A stretch of DNA of 64,000 nt, from NCBI GenBank assembly GCA_963675745.2, contig CAXXWX010000010.1:1-64000 (forward strand), read 5' to 3'. Shown here one piece after another: positions 21,538 to 31,179 of the stretch. The stretch comes from Phycisphaerae bacterium (GTDB lineage: Bacteria > Planctomycetota > Phycisphaerae > UBA1845 > Fen-1342). Numbering within the stretch: position 1 is the first letter of the stretch; each line of letters begins with the position of its first letter. A program made the position numbers and the translations under genes. The notes beneath the pieces are model-generated. The model was not told where the DNA came from and did not search any database. It worked only from the letters and a program-made list of their open reading frames with translations.

Positions 21538-23052
21538 ATGATGCTGCGGTTGTCGGTCTTTTGCGCGCTGGTTGGCGTTCTGATGGTCTCGACAGTGGTC
21601 TGCGTGCCGGGCGTCGAGTTGCCCACGCCGCCGGTGGAGCGGACGGCGCTCACTGTTGAAGCGAGCACGTCGGCCTCGGATGCCGAGGTACATGCCGGGC
21701 AATGGGTGAGCCTGACGACACGCGTGCCCGACGTTGATTCGAATACGCCCATGACCTACGGCTGGGTCCAGATGAGCGGCACGGGCGTATCGCTGCTGAA
21801 CGCCGAGACGGCCGAGGCCACGCTCGTCGCGCCGTCGCTCGAAGTTGACGAAACGCTGATGTTCGCCGTTACCGTCAGCAGCGGCGATGGTGGTGTGGGC
21901 CGCGCCGAGGTGTCGGTGACCGTGATGGCGGATCCGAGCGATGGAGGAACATCGGACACGGGCAACGAAATCCCGTTGCCGGTGGCGCGCGCCGGCGATG
22001 ATATCTCTGTCACTGAGGCTGAAGAGGGTGTGTTGGATGGATCGGCCAGCAGCGGCCTGGGACTGACGTACCTGTGGGAGCAGGTCGACGGCGATTCGGT
22101 GCAGATATCCGACACCGACCGCGCGCAAGCGCGGATTCTGGCGCCGGCTTTCACACCAGGCGGCGTGAACCAGTATGAATTCGAACTCACCGTGACCGAC
22201 ACACGCGGGCGCGAATCGATCGATTCCGTCCTCGTCACGGTTATCGCGGTTGTGGAGGACAGTGACGAGCCGGTGGCCCGTGCCGGTGACGATCAGGATG
22301 TCGCCGGTGGCGCCGCCGTAACACTCAACGGACAACGAAGCACCGGTGACAGCCTCTTTTACGCATGGGAGCAGGTCGCGGGGACTGATGTTCAGTTGGA
22401 GGGGGCGAACACGGCGGTTGCCACTTTCACCGCGCCGGAATACAGCGAGCAGGAGGGCAACACCTTCGAGTTCCGGTTGACCGTGACGGATGCCGAGCAG
22501 CGCACAGCCACCGACGACACCATGGTTACAGTGCTGGCTGACGAAGAGCCCGACGGCCCGCCACGCGTGAAGATCACGACGACGCTGGGTGAAATCGTGG
22601 TCGAGTTGAATGAGGAGGAGGCGCCGATCACGGTGGCCAACTTCCTGCAATACGTGGACGAAGGGTTCTTCGCCAACACGATCTTCCATCGCGTTATCCC
22701 CGGCTTCATGATCCAGGGGGGTGGTTTTGAGGCTGGGCTGGTCGAACGGGAGACGCACGAACCGATCATCCTGGAGACGACCGCCGCGCTGCCCAATGAG
22801 CGCGGTACGATCGCGATGGCGCGCACCAATGACCCGAATTCGGCGACATCGCAGTTCTTCATCAACCTCGTTGACAACGATTTTCTCAACCCGGTGCCTG
22901 GTACGCCCGGCTACGCGGTGTTTGGCGTGGTGATCGAAGGCATGGCCGTGGTTGATGCGATCGCCGACGAACCTACGCATTCAATAAGTGGGCACGAGAA
23001 CGTACCGGTCACGGACGTTGTCATTCTGAGTATCACACGCGTCGAGGATTGA
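21538..23052 (+). CDS. Cyclophilin-type peptidyl-prolyl isomerase with three N-terminal PKD/REJ-like domains, exported
   Basis: APITVANFLQYV, IFHRVIPGFMIQGGG, GTIAMART, SATSQFFINL and GYAVFG; PVARAGDD...YxWEQVxG repeats. Confidence 0.92.
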   Translation: MMLRLSVFCALVGVLMVSTVVCVPGVELPTPPVERTALTVEASTSASDAEVHAGQWVSLTTRVPDVDSNTPMTYGWVQMSGTGVSLLNAETAEATLVAPSLEVDETLMFAVTVSSGDGGVGRAEVSVTVMADPSDGGTSDTGNEIPLPVARAGDDISVTEAEEGVLDGSASSGLGLTYLWEQVDGDSVQISDTDRAQARILAPAFTPGGVNQYEFELTVTDTRGRESIDSVLVTVIAVVEDSDEPVARAGDDQDVAGGAAVTLNGQRSTGDSLFYAWEQVAGTDVQLEGANTAVATFTAPEYSEQEGNTFEFRLTVTDAEQRTATDDTMVTVLADEEPDGPPRVKITTTLGEIVVELNEEEAPITVANFLQYVDEGFFANTIFHRVIPGFMIQGGGFEAGLVERETHEPIILETTAALPNERGTIAMARTNDPNSATSQFFINLVDNDFLNPVPGTPGYAVFGVVIEGMAVVDAIADEPTHSISGHENVPVTDVVILSITRVED

Positions 23053-23131
23053 TCCCGGCGTCGATGGTCGAGCGCTCGCGGAAGAAGGGGCAAGGGCAAT
23101 TTCCGCAGGCCCCGTCGCCTTCGCGAACGTG

Positions 23132-24361
23132 CTACGGGACGTTGGCGAACCCGCGCCACTGCCGGTAGAGCGGCCCGACATCCTCGCCGGCGGCCCGCGA
23201 CATGTATCGCACGATTTCGTCCTTTGTCAGGTGCCGGCCGGGCGTGAAGTCGATCTCGCCCTTCTCGCCCGCCTGTGCGCACAGGTGAAAGAACCGCCGA
23301 AACACGTCCGGACCGTGCTTCACCCGAACCGCGTATTGGATCGCATCGATGCTGTCGAATAGCTGCTTGGGGTGGCCCAGCACCGCGCGCGCCTCGGAGA
23401 CGCATTGCCGGTAGTACGGGCTGTCCTCGGGCTTCTTGTGTTCGGGAAACAACGCCGGAACCCAGTTGAACGTGGTCAGAGCCTTGACCGACGATTCGTC
23501 AAACCAACCTGGGAAGTGCGCGCAGTAGAACATATGTGTCATCTCGTGACACCAGTTCCCATGTTCGGTGGGCATCGCGTCGGCCCGGAAGAAGACACCC
23601 CACTGATTCTGAAACGCGGTCGCGCTGCTGTCCCAGCAAGCCTGCTCGATCAGGTGAATCGAGATCGGCGTGGTCGGCGCCCAACCCATGTACTTGCGGT
23701 AATGCTCATAGATCCGGTCGAAGTGGCCGAACAGCTCGTCAAGGTCCATCGTGAGCGGCGCGTTTGGCGTGACTTTCAAGACAAAACGCCGGGAGGGAGA
23801 CGCCGCGACCTGCGTCGCGCGCAACGCCGGCGGCAGCGCGCTCGCCTTGCCACGGTAAAGCACGAAGCAATCCAGGTTCGTTGTTGCGTTCGCGATTGTG
23901 CTGACCAGCTTGAAGTGGTGTTGGCCGGCCGACAGCGGCGGAAGCGTTACCGACGCCAACTCAAACAGATCCCACCAGCCGGTGTCCGGCACCAGCACCT
24001 CAATGGGCTCACCGCCGTCAACGGTCAGAGACAGCGCGCGGCGCTTCGCTTCCGGGCCGCTGACCCGCCGATAGTGCTCTGCGGCATATGAGTAGCGCAG
24101 ACCCAGTCGCGCGTGAGGCTCCGCGCGCTTCAGTTCCACGGTCCACTCGACCGCGTCGCCCTCTTTCCGACCCCAATAGGCCGGTGTGACGTCGCGCGCG
24201 CTGGCCCAGATCGTGTTCTGTAGCTCCGTTCCCGCCGCACACGTCACTTTGCACGCGCTGATCTCATCCACGCGGATTACCTGACCAGCCGCGGCCGCCG
24301 GCCACAGCGCGACGAGGGCGATTGCCAGCCGCCACGCCACTCCGAGAACTGACCCTCGCAT
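23132..24361 (-). CDS. Secreted protein with a CBM-like jelly-roll domain and an HEXXH metallopeptidase-like domain
   Basis: Signal peptide; PDTGWWD...LSAGQHHFKL...NLDCF; CHEMTH followed by WFDES. Confidence 0.6.
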   Translation of the reverse strand: MRGSVLGVAWRLAIALVALWPAAAAGQVIRVDEISACKVTCAAGTELQNTIWASARDVTPAYWGRKEGDAVEWTVELKRAEPHARLGLRYSYAAEHYRRVSGPEAKRRALSLTVDGGEPIEVLVPDTGWWDLFELASVTLPPLSAGQHHFKLVSTIANATTNLDCFVLYRGKASALPPALRATQVAASPSRRFVLKVTPNAPLTMDLDELFGHFDRIYEHYRKYMGWAPTTPISIHLIEQACWDSSATAFQNQWGVFFRADAMPTEHGNWCHEMTHMFYCAHFPGWFDESSVKALTTFNWVPALFPEHKKPEDSPYYRQCVSEARAVLGHPKQLFDSIDAIQYAVRVKHGPDVFRRFFHLCAQAGEKGEIDFTPGRHLTKDEIVRYMSRAAGEDVGPLYRQWRGFANVP

Positions 24362-24665
24362 GTTCCTTCTCCGCTGAAAACCGCCGGCGTGATCTGCTCA
24401 TCAGGCGGTCATCGCCAGTGCCGCCTTGCGCTATCTTGACAGCGCCGTGACGCCGCGGTCAATCGGACACTGTAACGACACGGTAAACTGTCCGGTGGCT
24501 TGTTGCGGCCAGGTGTCAATCGCGCGGGAGGAGGCCTAAATGCGAGCCTCCGCGGCGCACGGGTGGTTGCCTGCACCCACCCGCGGCCGCGGAGGCCGTG
24601 TTCACCTTACGGCTTGGGTGTCATCGTGCTTCAAGCCCGCCGAGTATGCAGACCGTCGGCGTGTG

Positions 24666-24992
24666 CTACTGCCGAATGTACGCATCCCAGGCGTTGGCGG
24701 ACGATTCCATGACGCTCTGGCGGTAGTCGACGGTTTCCTGAATCAAATCCGTGGGATCATAGAGGCCGTAGTCGGGATACGTGTTGTCGTAGCCGCCCCA
24801 GCCACCCCAATCGCCCCAGCCGCCGTAATCGTAACCCCCGCCGTAGTCATAGCCCCCGCTGAAGAGGCCGCCGTAGCTTGGGGTGTAGAGCATCGAACCC
24901 AGCAGGTCATCGCAGCCCGCTGAAGTTGCCAGCACCGTCAAGACCATCCCCGCCAATGCGATTTGCCGAATTCTGCCGTTGAGAGTACGCAT
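24666..24992 (-). CDS. Small Gly/Tyr-rich lipoprotein
   Basis: RBS AAGGAG, lipobox SAGC, low-complexity GGYDYGGGYDYGGWGDWGGWGG. Confidence 0.7.
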   Translation of the reverse strand: MRTLNGRIRQIALAGMVLTVLATSAGCDDLLGSMLYTPSYGGLFSGGYDYGGGYDYGGWGDWGGWGGYDNTYPDYGLYDPTDLIQETVDYRQSVMESSANAWDAYIRQ

Positions 24993-25235
24993 AACTGAAT
25001 CTCCTTGCCTTGCCTGGTATTCGTGAGTGCTCCCACAGGCACTCCACCAATACCTTGCCGCCCGCGGTGCCACTCTGACAAAGAATCTGGAGCGTTTGCC
25101 AGTCGATCGCCTGAAAACGCCGCAAGCGCGGCCCACGAACTCCGCAAGCATTCATCCTCCCCAGGTAGCAAATCGTGCAATCAGGCGCAAGATGCTGTTA
25201 ATAATCAGCTTAGAGACAATATATGCGGTTAAGCT

Positions 25236-25272
25236 CGACACCGTGAAACAATTGTTTAATATGATCGTTTAA
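25236..25272 (+). promoter_or_regulatory. Candidate promoter with overlapping palindromic TetR operator
   Basis: The palindrome AAACAATTGTTT lies between TCGACA and TAATAT in an AT-rich patch just upstream of the TetR gene. Confidence 0.55.
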
Positions 25273-25281
25273 CCACTTTGG

Positions 25282-25944
25282 ATGGAGCAGCCCGTGAGCC
25301 TGAATGCCGACCACGCCGCCGACACCCGTCAACGCGTCCTCGACGCCGCCGGCGAAATCTTCGCCGACAAGGGCTTCGACAAGGCCACTATTCGCGAAAT
25401 CGTCGACCGCGCCGGCGCCAATCTCAACGCGGTCAACTACTACTTCCGCGACAAGCACGGCCTGTACCTCGCCCTCTTCGAGCATGCCCATCAGATCGTA
25501 GCCGGCGAAGACCGCGACGAGTTCGATCACAACCGTGATCTCGCACCTGACCAGCGACTACGCGCGATGATCGCCCACATCCTGCGCGGCTTCATCCTCA
25601 CGCGCCGCGCCCCATGGGAGGCGCGCCTGATCTTCCGCGAGATGATCGAGCCCACCGGCGTACTGGCCGAGATGGTCCGCCGCTTCATCCGCCCGCGTTT
25701 CGAGCAACTCACCGAGATCGTGCGGGCGCTGATACCACCCGATACACCCGACCTGAGCGCGCAGCTCTGTGCCGAGAGCATCCTGGCGCAGTGCGCGCAC
25801 ATCGCCCACCGCCGTGTTGTGGTTACCCAGTTGATCCCCGAACTCGAATACACACCCGCCGGCATTGAGAGCATCGCCGACCACATCGCCGCCTTCTCGA
25901 TAGCGGCTTTGCGCAACCTGCCGCGTGAGGAGACCGCCGCATGA
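25282..25944 (+). CDS. TetR-family regulator (CecR-like C-terminal domain)
   Basis: TRQRVLDAAGEIFADKGFDKATIREIVDRAGANLNAVNYYFRDKHGLY. Confidence 0.93.
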   Translation: MEQPVSLNADHAADTRQRVLDAAGEIFADKGFDKATIREIVDRAGANLNAVNYYFRDKHGLYLALFEHAHQIVAGEDRDEFDHNRDLAPDQRLRAMIAHILRGFILTRRAPWEARLIFREMIEPTGVLAEMVRRFIRPRFEQLTEIVRALIPPDTPDLSAQLCAESILAQCAHIAHRRVVVTQLIPELEYTPAGIESIADHIAAFSIAALRNLPREETAA

Positions 25945-27191
25945 CATCGCTTCCGTCCCGACGCAGCCTGGTTGCCCGCGTGCTTTCGGCGCTGGTCCGT
26001 GGTGTATTGCCCCTGATCGTCATCGTCGGTGGTGTGCTCGGCGCCGTTCGGTTCATCCAGACCGCTCCGCAAGCCCACCAGCGACCGCCGCAGCGCTCCG
26101 CCGCGCTGGTGCAGACCCGCGTGCTTCAGCCGGCTTCGGCCCACGTGGTCATCGAGGCCATGGGCACCGTCATCGCGGCCAAAGAGATCGTGCTGCAACC
26201 GCAGGTCAGCGGCATCATCCGGGCGCTGCACCCCGCGCTTGTCCCCGGCGGTCGAATTCAAGCCGGCGAACAGATCGCACTGATCGATTCCGCTGACTAC
26301 GAAGTTGCCGTCCGGCAGGCCGAGGCCACGTTGGCTCGCGCCCAGGCCCAATTGCTGTCCGCCGACCTGGAGCTCAAACGCGTTGAAGGCCTGCGCGCCC
26401 ACGAGGTCACCAACAAGAAAGAGCTTGATGATGCCCAGACGGCCCACGCGGCGGCCATCGCGGATGTGAGCGCCGCTGAGGCCGCTCTTGAAAGGGCACA
26501 GCTCGACCTGTCGCGCACGGTACTCAGCGCCCCGTTCAGTTGCGTGGTCGTTTCAGAGAGCGTCGACATCGGCTCACTGGTCACGCCCCAAACACAGCTC
26601 GCCACGCTTGTCGGCACTGATGAGTATTGGGTACGCGCCGCTGTTCCGGTCGAGCAGTTGCGTTGGATCCATCTGCCGAGTGCCGGTGAAAACTCCGGTT
26701 CGCCGGCCCGCGTCTATCAACGGCTGGGGCCTGATCTCAGATCGGAGTGGGCCGCACGCGTGGTGCGACTGGTGAGCGACCTCGAACCTCAGGGCCGCAT
26801 GGCGCGGCTACTTCTGTCAGTGCCCGACCCGCTGGGCACGGCAGCCGCGGCCGGCGAGCAGCTTCCGCTTCTGATGGGGTCGTATGTTGATGTCGAGCTC
26901 GAGGGCCGCGAGTTGCACAACGTGTTCACCATCAGCCGGGACGAATTGCACGACGGTGACGCGGTCTGGCTCATGAACGACCAGGATTGCCTCGACGTGC
27001 GCCAGGTTGACATCGCCTACCGGGCGCGCAACAACGTGCTGGTCCGCGGCGGCGTCACGGCCGGCGAGCGCATCGTCACCTCGGATCTGCCGGCCCCGAT
27101 CCCCGCCATGCCGCTGCGCGTTGCCGACTCGCAGACGAGCACAACGTCGCCCGCCACAAGTTCTTCCCAGGTTGTGGGGGATGCGCCATGA
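25941..27191 (+). CDS. RND efflux periplasmic adaptor (MFP)
   Basis: N-terminal TM, LQPQVSG, a coiled-coil hairpin, LDLSRTVLSAPF; ATGA overlap with the TetR gene. Confidence 0.93.
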   Translation: MTSLPSRRSLVARVLSALVRGVLPLIVIVGGVLGAVRFIQTAPQAHQRPPQRSAALVQTRVLQPASAHVVIEAMGTVIAAKEIVLQPQVSGIIRALHPALVPGGRIQAGEQIALIDSADYEVAVRQAEATLARAQAQLLSADLELKRVEGLRAHEVTNKKELDDAQTAHAAAIADVSAAEAALERAQLDLSRTVLSAPFSCVVVSESVDIGSLVTPQTQLATLVGTDEYWVRAAVPVEQLRWIHLPSAGENSGSPARVYQRLGPDLRSEWAARVVRLVSDLEPQGRMARLLLSVPDPLGTAAAAGEQLPLLMGSYVDVELEGRELHNVFTISRDELHDGDAVWLMNDQDCLDVRQVDIAYRARNNVLVRGGVTAGERIVTSDLPAPIPAMPLRVADSQTSTTSPATSSSQVVGDAP

Positions 27192-30100
27192 CGCCCTCGC
27201 CTCCCGAGCAGCCCCTGCGCGGCCCCATCGCCTGGATGACCCGCCACTCGGTGGCCCCCAACCTGCTGATGTTGTTCCTTCTTGCCGGCGGATTTTTCAC
27301 CGCACTGCGCATCAAGCAGGAGGTCTTCCCCGAATTCGATCTCGACATGGTAACCATAACAGTGCCCTATCCGGGCGCCAGCCCCGAAGAGGTCGAACAG
27401 GGCATCATCCTCTCCATCGAGGAGGGTGTACGCGGCATTAACGGTGTCGAAGAGGTGACCGCTGTAGCGCGCGAAGGTGCCGGCATTGTCACCGCCGAGC
27501 TCGAGGAGGGTGGTGACGAGCAGCGCATTTACCAGGAGATCCAACAGGAAGTCGACCGCATCACCACCATTCCTGAAGAGGCTGAAGAGCCCGAGGTGGT
27601 CCTTGCCACCCGCCGCCGGCAGGTGGTCGCACTGGCGCTCTTCGGCGATACTGACGAGGGCGCCCTGCGCGACCTGGCCGAGCAGGTGCGCGACCAACTC
27701 CTGCAAGACCCGCAGATTACGCAGATCGACATCATCCCCGATCGCACTTTTGAGGTCAGCATCGAAGTGCCGCAGGAGAACCTGCGGGCCTACGACCTGA
27801 CTCTCGAAGCGATCGCCAATCGTATTCGCAGCGCGTCGATCGAAACCCCCGGCGGCAGCGTCAAGACCGAGGCCGGCGAAATACTCCTGCGCATGAAAGA
27901 GCGCCGCGATTGGGCGCGCGAGTTCGGCGACATACCGATCGTCACGTCGGCCACCGGCACCGAGCTGCGCGTCAGCGATCTGGGCCGCGTCACCGACACG
28001 TTCGAGGAAACCTACCAGATCTTCACCTACAACGGCCAACCCGCGGTGGGGATCGATGTATATCGCGTGGGCGACCAGACTCCGATTGGCGTATCCGACG
28101 CCGTCCGCGCCCAACTGGCTCCCATCACGACGAACCTTCCGCCCGGCATCCAGCTCGATATCGTCCACGATCAGTCGGACATCTATCGCCAGCGTCTGGA
28201 ACTGCTCCTGCGTAACGGGTGCCTGGGCCTGCTGCTGGTGCTCGTGATTCTGACCGTCTTCCTCGAACACAAGCTCGCCTTCTGGGTCACGATGGGCATC
28301 CCCATCTCTTTCCTGGGGGCGTTTCTGCTTCTGCCGGGGCTGGGTGTCACGATCAACATGATCAGCATGTTCGCGTTCATCATCGCGCTCGGCATCGTGG
28401 TTGATGACGCCATCGTCGTGGGCGAGAACATCTTCGAGTATCGTCAGCAGGGCCTCGATCTTGTCGAGGCGGCGATCCGCGGCGCCCGTGATGTCGCCGT
28501 CCCCGTCACCTTCAGCATCCTCACCAACATCGTGGCCTTTGCGCCGCTGGCCTTTGTCCCGGGATTCATGGGCAAGGTCTTCGCGCTGATCCCGCTTGTG
28601 GTCGTCTCGGCGTTTGTGATCTCGCTGATCGAGTCGCTGTTTGTGCTGCCCGCACACCTGGCGCACTCCCGGCGCGAGCGTGGCACGTTCATCGGACGCG
28701 CTGCCCACCGTGTCCATGATCGTCTGAGTGCCGCCATCACGCGTCTGATCGAGCGGCGTTTTCGGCCGCTGCTGGATATGGCGTTGCGGTTCCGTTATCT
28801 CACCGCCGCCACCGCCGTTGCGGTGCTGCTGCTGGTGGGTGGCTTTGTGGCCAGTGGCCGCATGGGTTTTGTGCTGATGCCCAAGGTCGAAGGTGACGAG
28901 GTGGACGCCACGGCGGTGCTGCCTTACGGCTCACCACTCTCGCGCCTGGTCGCGGTTCGCGACGAGCTGGTGCAGTCCCTTCAGCAAGTCGCCGCGGATC
29001 ACAATGGCGATCAACTCGTTCGCAGCGTCCAGGCCCGCATCGATGACAATCAGATACTCATCACCGGCTTTCTGACCGACCCCGACGTGCGCCCGATCAC
29101 CACGGCGCGCACCACGGAGCTCTGGCGCGAGCGCACCGGCGCCATCGAAGGCCTCGAATCGCTGCGCTTCCAATCCGATCGGCGCGGGCCCGGTTCCGGC
29201 AAGGCCCTGACCATCGAACTGGCTCACCGCGACATCGACGTCCTCGATCGCGCCAGTACCGAGCTGGCTGCCTCCCTGGCCCAGTTCCCCAACGCGACCG
29301 ACATCGACGACGGCTACACACCCGGCAAGCGGCAGCTCGACTTCAACATGCTGCCCGCCGGCCGCAGCCTCGGCCTGACCGCCAGCGGCGTGGCCCGCCA
29401 ACTGCGATCCTCGTTCTACGGCGCCGAAGCGCTCCGCCAGCAGCGCGGGCGCAACGAGGTCAAGGTCATGGTGCGCCTGCCCAAGGCAGACCGTATCCGC
29501 GAGTACGACGTCGAGTCGTTCATCGTTCGAACCCCCACCGGGCTGGACGTGCCGCTCGGACAAGTCACCGAAGTCAAGCGCGGCCGCGCCTACACCGTCA
29601 TCAACCGCCGTGACGGCCGCCGCACCGTCAGCGTTACCGCCGACGTCACGCCGCACGATGAAACCGAGCAGGTGGTGGCGACGGTTCGCGCGTCGATCCT
29701 GCCGGACCTGGTTGCCGAATACCCCGGGTTGAGCTGGAGCTTCCAGGGGCACCAGGAAGACATGCGTGAAAGCCTGGCGAGCCTGCGCAACGGCTTCATC
29801 CTGGCGGTGCTGATGATCTACGTGTTGCTGGGCATCCCGTTCCGCAGCTACCTCCAGCCGTTGATCGTCATGACGAGCATTCCGTTCGGCATCGTGGGGG
29901 CCGTGCTGGGCCACCTGATCATGGGCTACAGCCTGAGCGTAATCAGCATGATGGGGTTGATCGCACTGTCCGGCGTGGTGGTGAACGACGCTCTCGTGCT
30001 GCTTGAATACACCAATCGCTTGCGCGGCCGCGGGGCCGCGCCGCGCGACGCCGTGCTCAGCGCCGGTGTCCGCCGTTTCCGCCCCGTGCTTCTCACCACG

Positions 30101-30328
30101 GTCACGACTTTCGGCGGCCTGACGCCGATGATCTTCGAAACCTCGCGTCAGGCGCGTTTCATGATTCCGATGGCACTGTCGCTGGGCTACGGCATCCTCT
30201 TCGCGACGGCGATAACGCTGCTGCTTGTGCCTTGCCTGTATCTGATCCTCGAGGATCTCAAGGGCATCTTCGTCGGACATGCCACGACCATTGACAACGT
30301 GCCTTCACCCGCGGCGGTCCCGGACTGA
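27188..30328 (+). CDS. RND efflux permease (AcrB/AcrD/AcrF family)
   Basis: 1046 aa; YPGASPEEVE, GIVVDDAIVVGEN, GVVVNDALVL and RFRPVLLT. Confidence 0.96.
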   Translation: MTPSPPEQPLRGPIAWMTRHSVAPNLLMLFLLAGGFFTALRIKQEVFPEFDLDMVTITVPYPGASPEEVEQGIILSIEEGVRGINGVEEVTAVAREGAGIVTAELEEGGDEQRIYQEIQQEVDRITTIPEEAEEPEVVLATRRRQVVALALFGDTDEGALRDLAEQVRDQLLQDPQITQIDIIPDRTFEVSIEVPQENLRAYDLTLEAIANRIRSASIETPGGSVKTEAGEILLRMKERRDWAREFGDIPIVTSATGTELRVSDLGRVTDTFEETYQIFTYNGQPAVGIDVYRVGDQTPIGVSDAVRAQLAPITTNLPPGIQLDIVHDQSDIYRQRLELLLRNGCLGLLLVLVILTVFLEHKLAFWVTMGIPISFLGAFLLLPGLGVTINMISMFAFIIALGIVVDDAIVVGENIFEYRQQGLDLVEAAIRGARDVAVPVTFSILTNIVAFAPLAFVPGFMGKVFALIPLVVVSAFVISLIESLFVLPAHLAHSRRERGTFIGRAAHRVHDRLSAAITRLIERRFRPLLDMALRFRYLTAATAVAVLLLVGGFVASGRMGFVLMPKVEGDEVDATAVLPYGSPLSRLVAVRDELVQSLQQVAADHNGDQLVRSVQARIDDNQILITGFLTDPDVRPITTARTTELWRERTGAIEGLESLRFQSDRRGPGSGKALTIELAHRDIDVLDRASTELAASLAQFPNATDIDDGYTPGKRQLDFNMLPAGRSLGLTASGVARQLRSSFYGAEALRQQRGRNEVKVMVRLPKADRIREYDVESFIVRTPTGLDVPLGQVTEVKRGRAYTVINRRDGRRTVSVTADVTPHDETEQVVATVRASILPDLVAEYPGLSWSFQGHQEDMRESLASLRNGFILAVLMIYVLLGIPFRSYLQPLIVMTSIPFGIVGAVLGHLIMGYSLSVISMMGLIALSGVVVNDALVLLEYTNRLRGRGAAPRDAVLSAGVRRFRPVLLTTVTTFGGLTPMIFETSRQARFMIPMALSLGYGILFATAITLLLVPCLYLILEDLKGIFVGHATTIDNVPSPAAVPD

Positions 30329-30488
30329 TGGACCGTGGCCGTCCCCACCGGCAGGCCTCTGCGCGCTCGCCGTGACCGCGGTTTTCGCGTGATCAGACAT
30401 TCCCGAGTCGGCCGAGACCTTGAGAGAATGCATGCTGGTTGACCACGTCCGACTCGGGGTCGGACGCTACAGGTAAACGTCAATTGCT

Positions 30489-30887
30489 CTATTGGCCGCC
30501 GTCCGGATTCCCCGAAGTGGGATTCCCGGCCACACCCGGAGTAGCCGGCGGAGCGAATTGGTCGAGCACCTGCAGGACCGCGGGCACATACACCAAGCCC
30601 GGGCCTCCCTGCATCATGGCGGCGACAGCGGTGGCCTCGATCACCTGTTCACGCGTGGCGCCGGCGTCGAGACACCCACGCGCGTGCAGTTTGATGCACG
30701 CATCGCAGCGCAAGACCACGCTAATGGCCGTTGCGATCAGCTCCTTCTCGCGCAGTGTGAGCGCGCCGTCCTGCATGACGGCTTTGTACATCTCGCGGAA
30801 ACCGCGACTGAACTCAGGCAACTCGCGGTTGATTCGAACACGATCAGATTTCCAGGTGTCGTAAAAAGCGCCAAGATCATCGGGCAT
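30489..30887 (-). CDS. Carboxymuconolactone decarboxylase/AhpD-family protein with CxxC
   Basis: DGALTLREKELIATAISVVLRCDACIKLH...GATREQVIE. Confidence 0.9.
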   Translation of the reverse strand: MPDDLGAFYDTWKSDRVRINRELPEFSRGFREMYKAVMQDGALTLREKELIATAISVVLRCDACIKLHARGCLDAGATREQVIEATAVAAMMQGGPGLVYVPAVLQVLDQFAPPATPGVAGNPTSGNPDGGQ

Positions 30888-31166
30888 TATTCGCTCCCAT
30901 CGTCGTTGTTGTACGTCGCGTCGATATCCTGATGCATCCGTTTGAGATACTCAACGTCGCTCGCGCCGAAGGTGATGCTGTGGGCGCGGTCATTCGGTCC
31001 GGTCGGCAGCACCGCGTTCAGGAGCATCGCGGTGCGCGGTGCCATCAAGTCGCGGTGGAGACGGGCAGAGCGTCGAGCCCGGACAGCTCAGATCGGCGAC
31101 GTGTGAAATCCAGCACTCTACCATGCACTGCTTGATCGTCGTGAACCAGGACGCAGCGCTGGTCAT
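30887..31166 (-). CDS. Small Cys-rich hypothetical protein, apparently split by a one-base frameshift (or two overlapping small ORFs)
   Basis: ATG 31166 lies just after the thi4 stop (MTSAASWFTTIKQCMVECW...CPGSTLC). A second frame (MAPRTAMLLNAVL...DDGSE) ends in TAATG, overlapping the CMD start. The span is 280 bp = 3n+1. Confidence 0.45.
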
Positions 31167-31179
31167 GTCACCACCGGGT

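Noticed and set aside
27017..30280. Long antisense ORFs (566 aa and 449 aa here; similar ones opposite glgP, glmM, trpD and GHL10)
   Set aside because: These are shadow ORFs expected opposite genuine genes in high-GC DNA, with no motifs or RBS support.
31088..31090. In-frame TGA followed by a small hairpin upstream of the MAPRT ORF (possible selenocysteine)
   Set aside because: An in-frame TAG lies 10 codons upstream with no start codon between; a one-base frameshift explains the region better.
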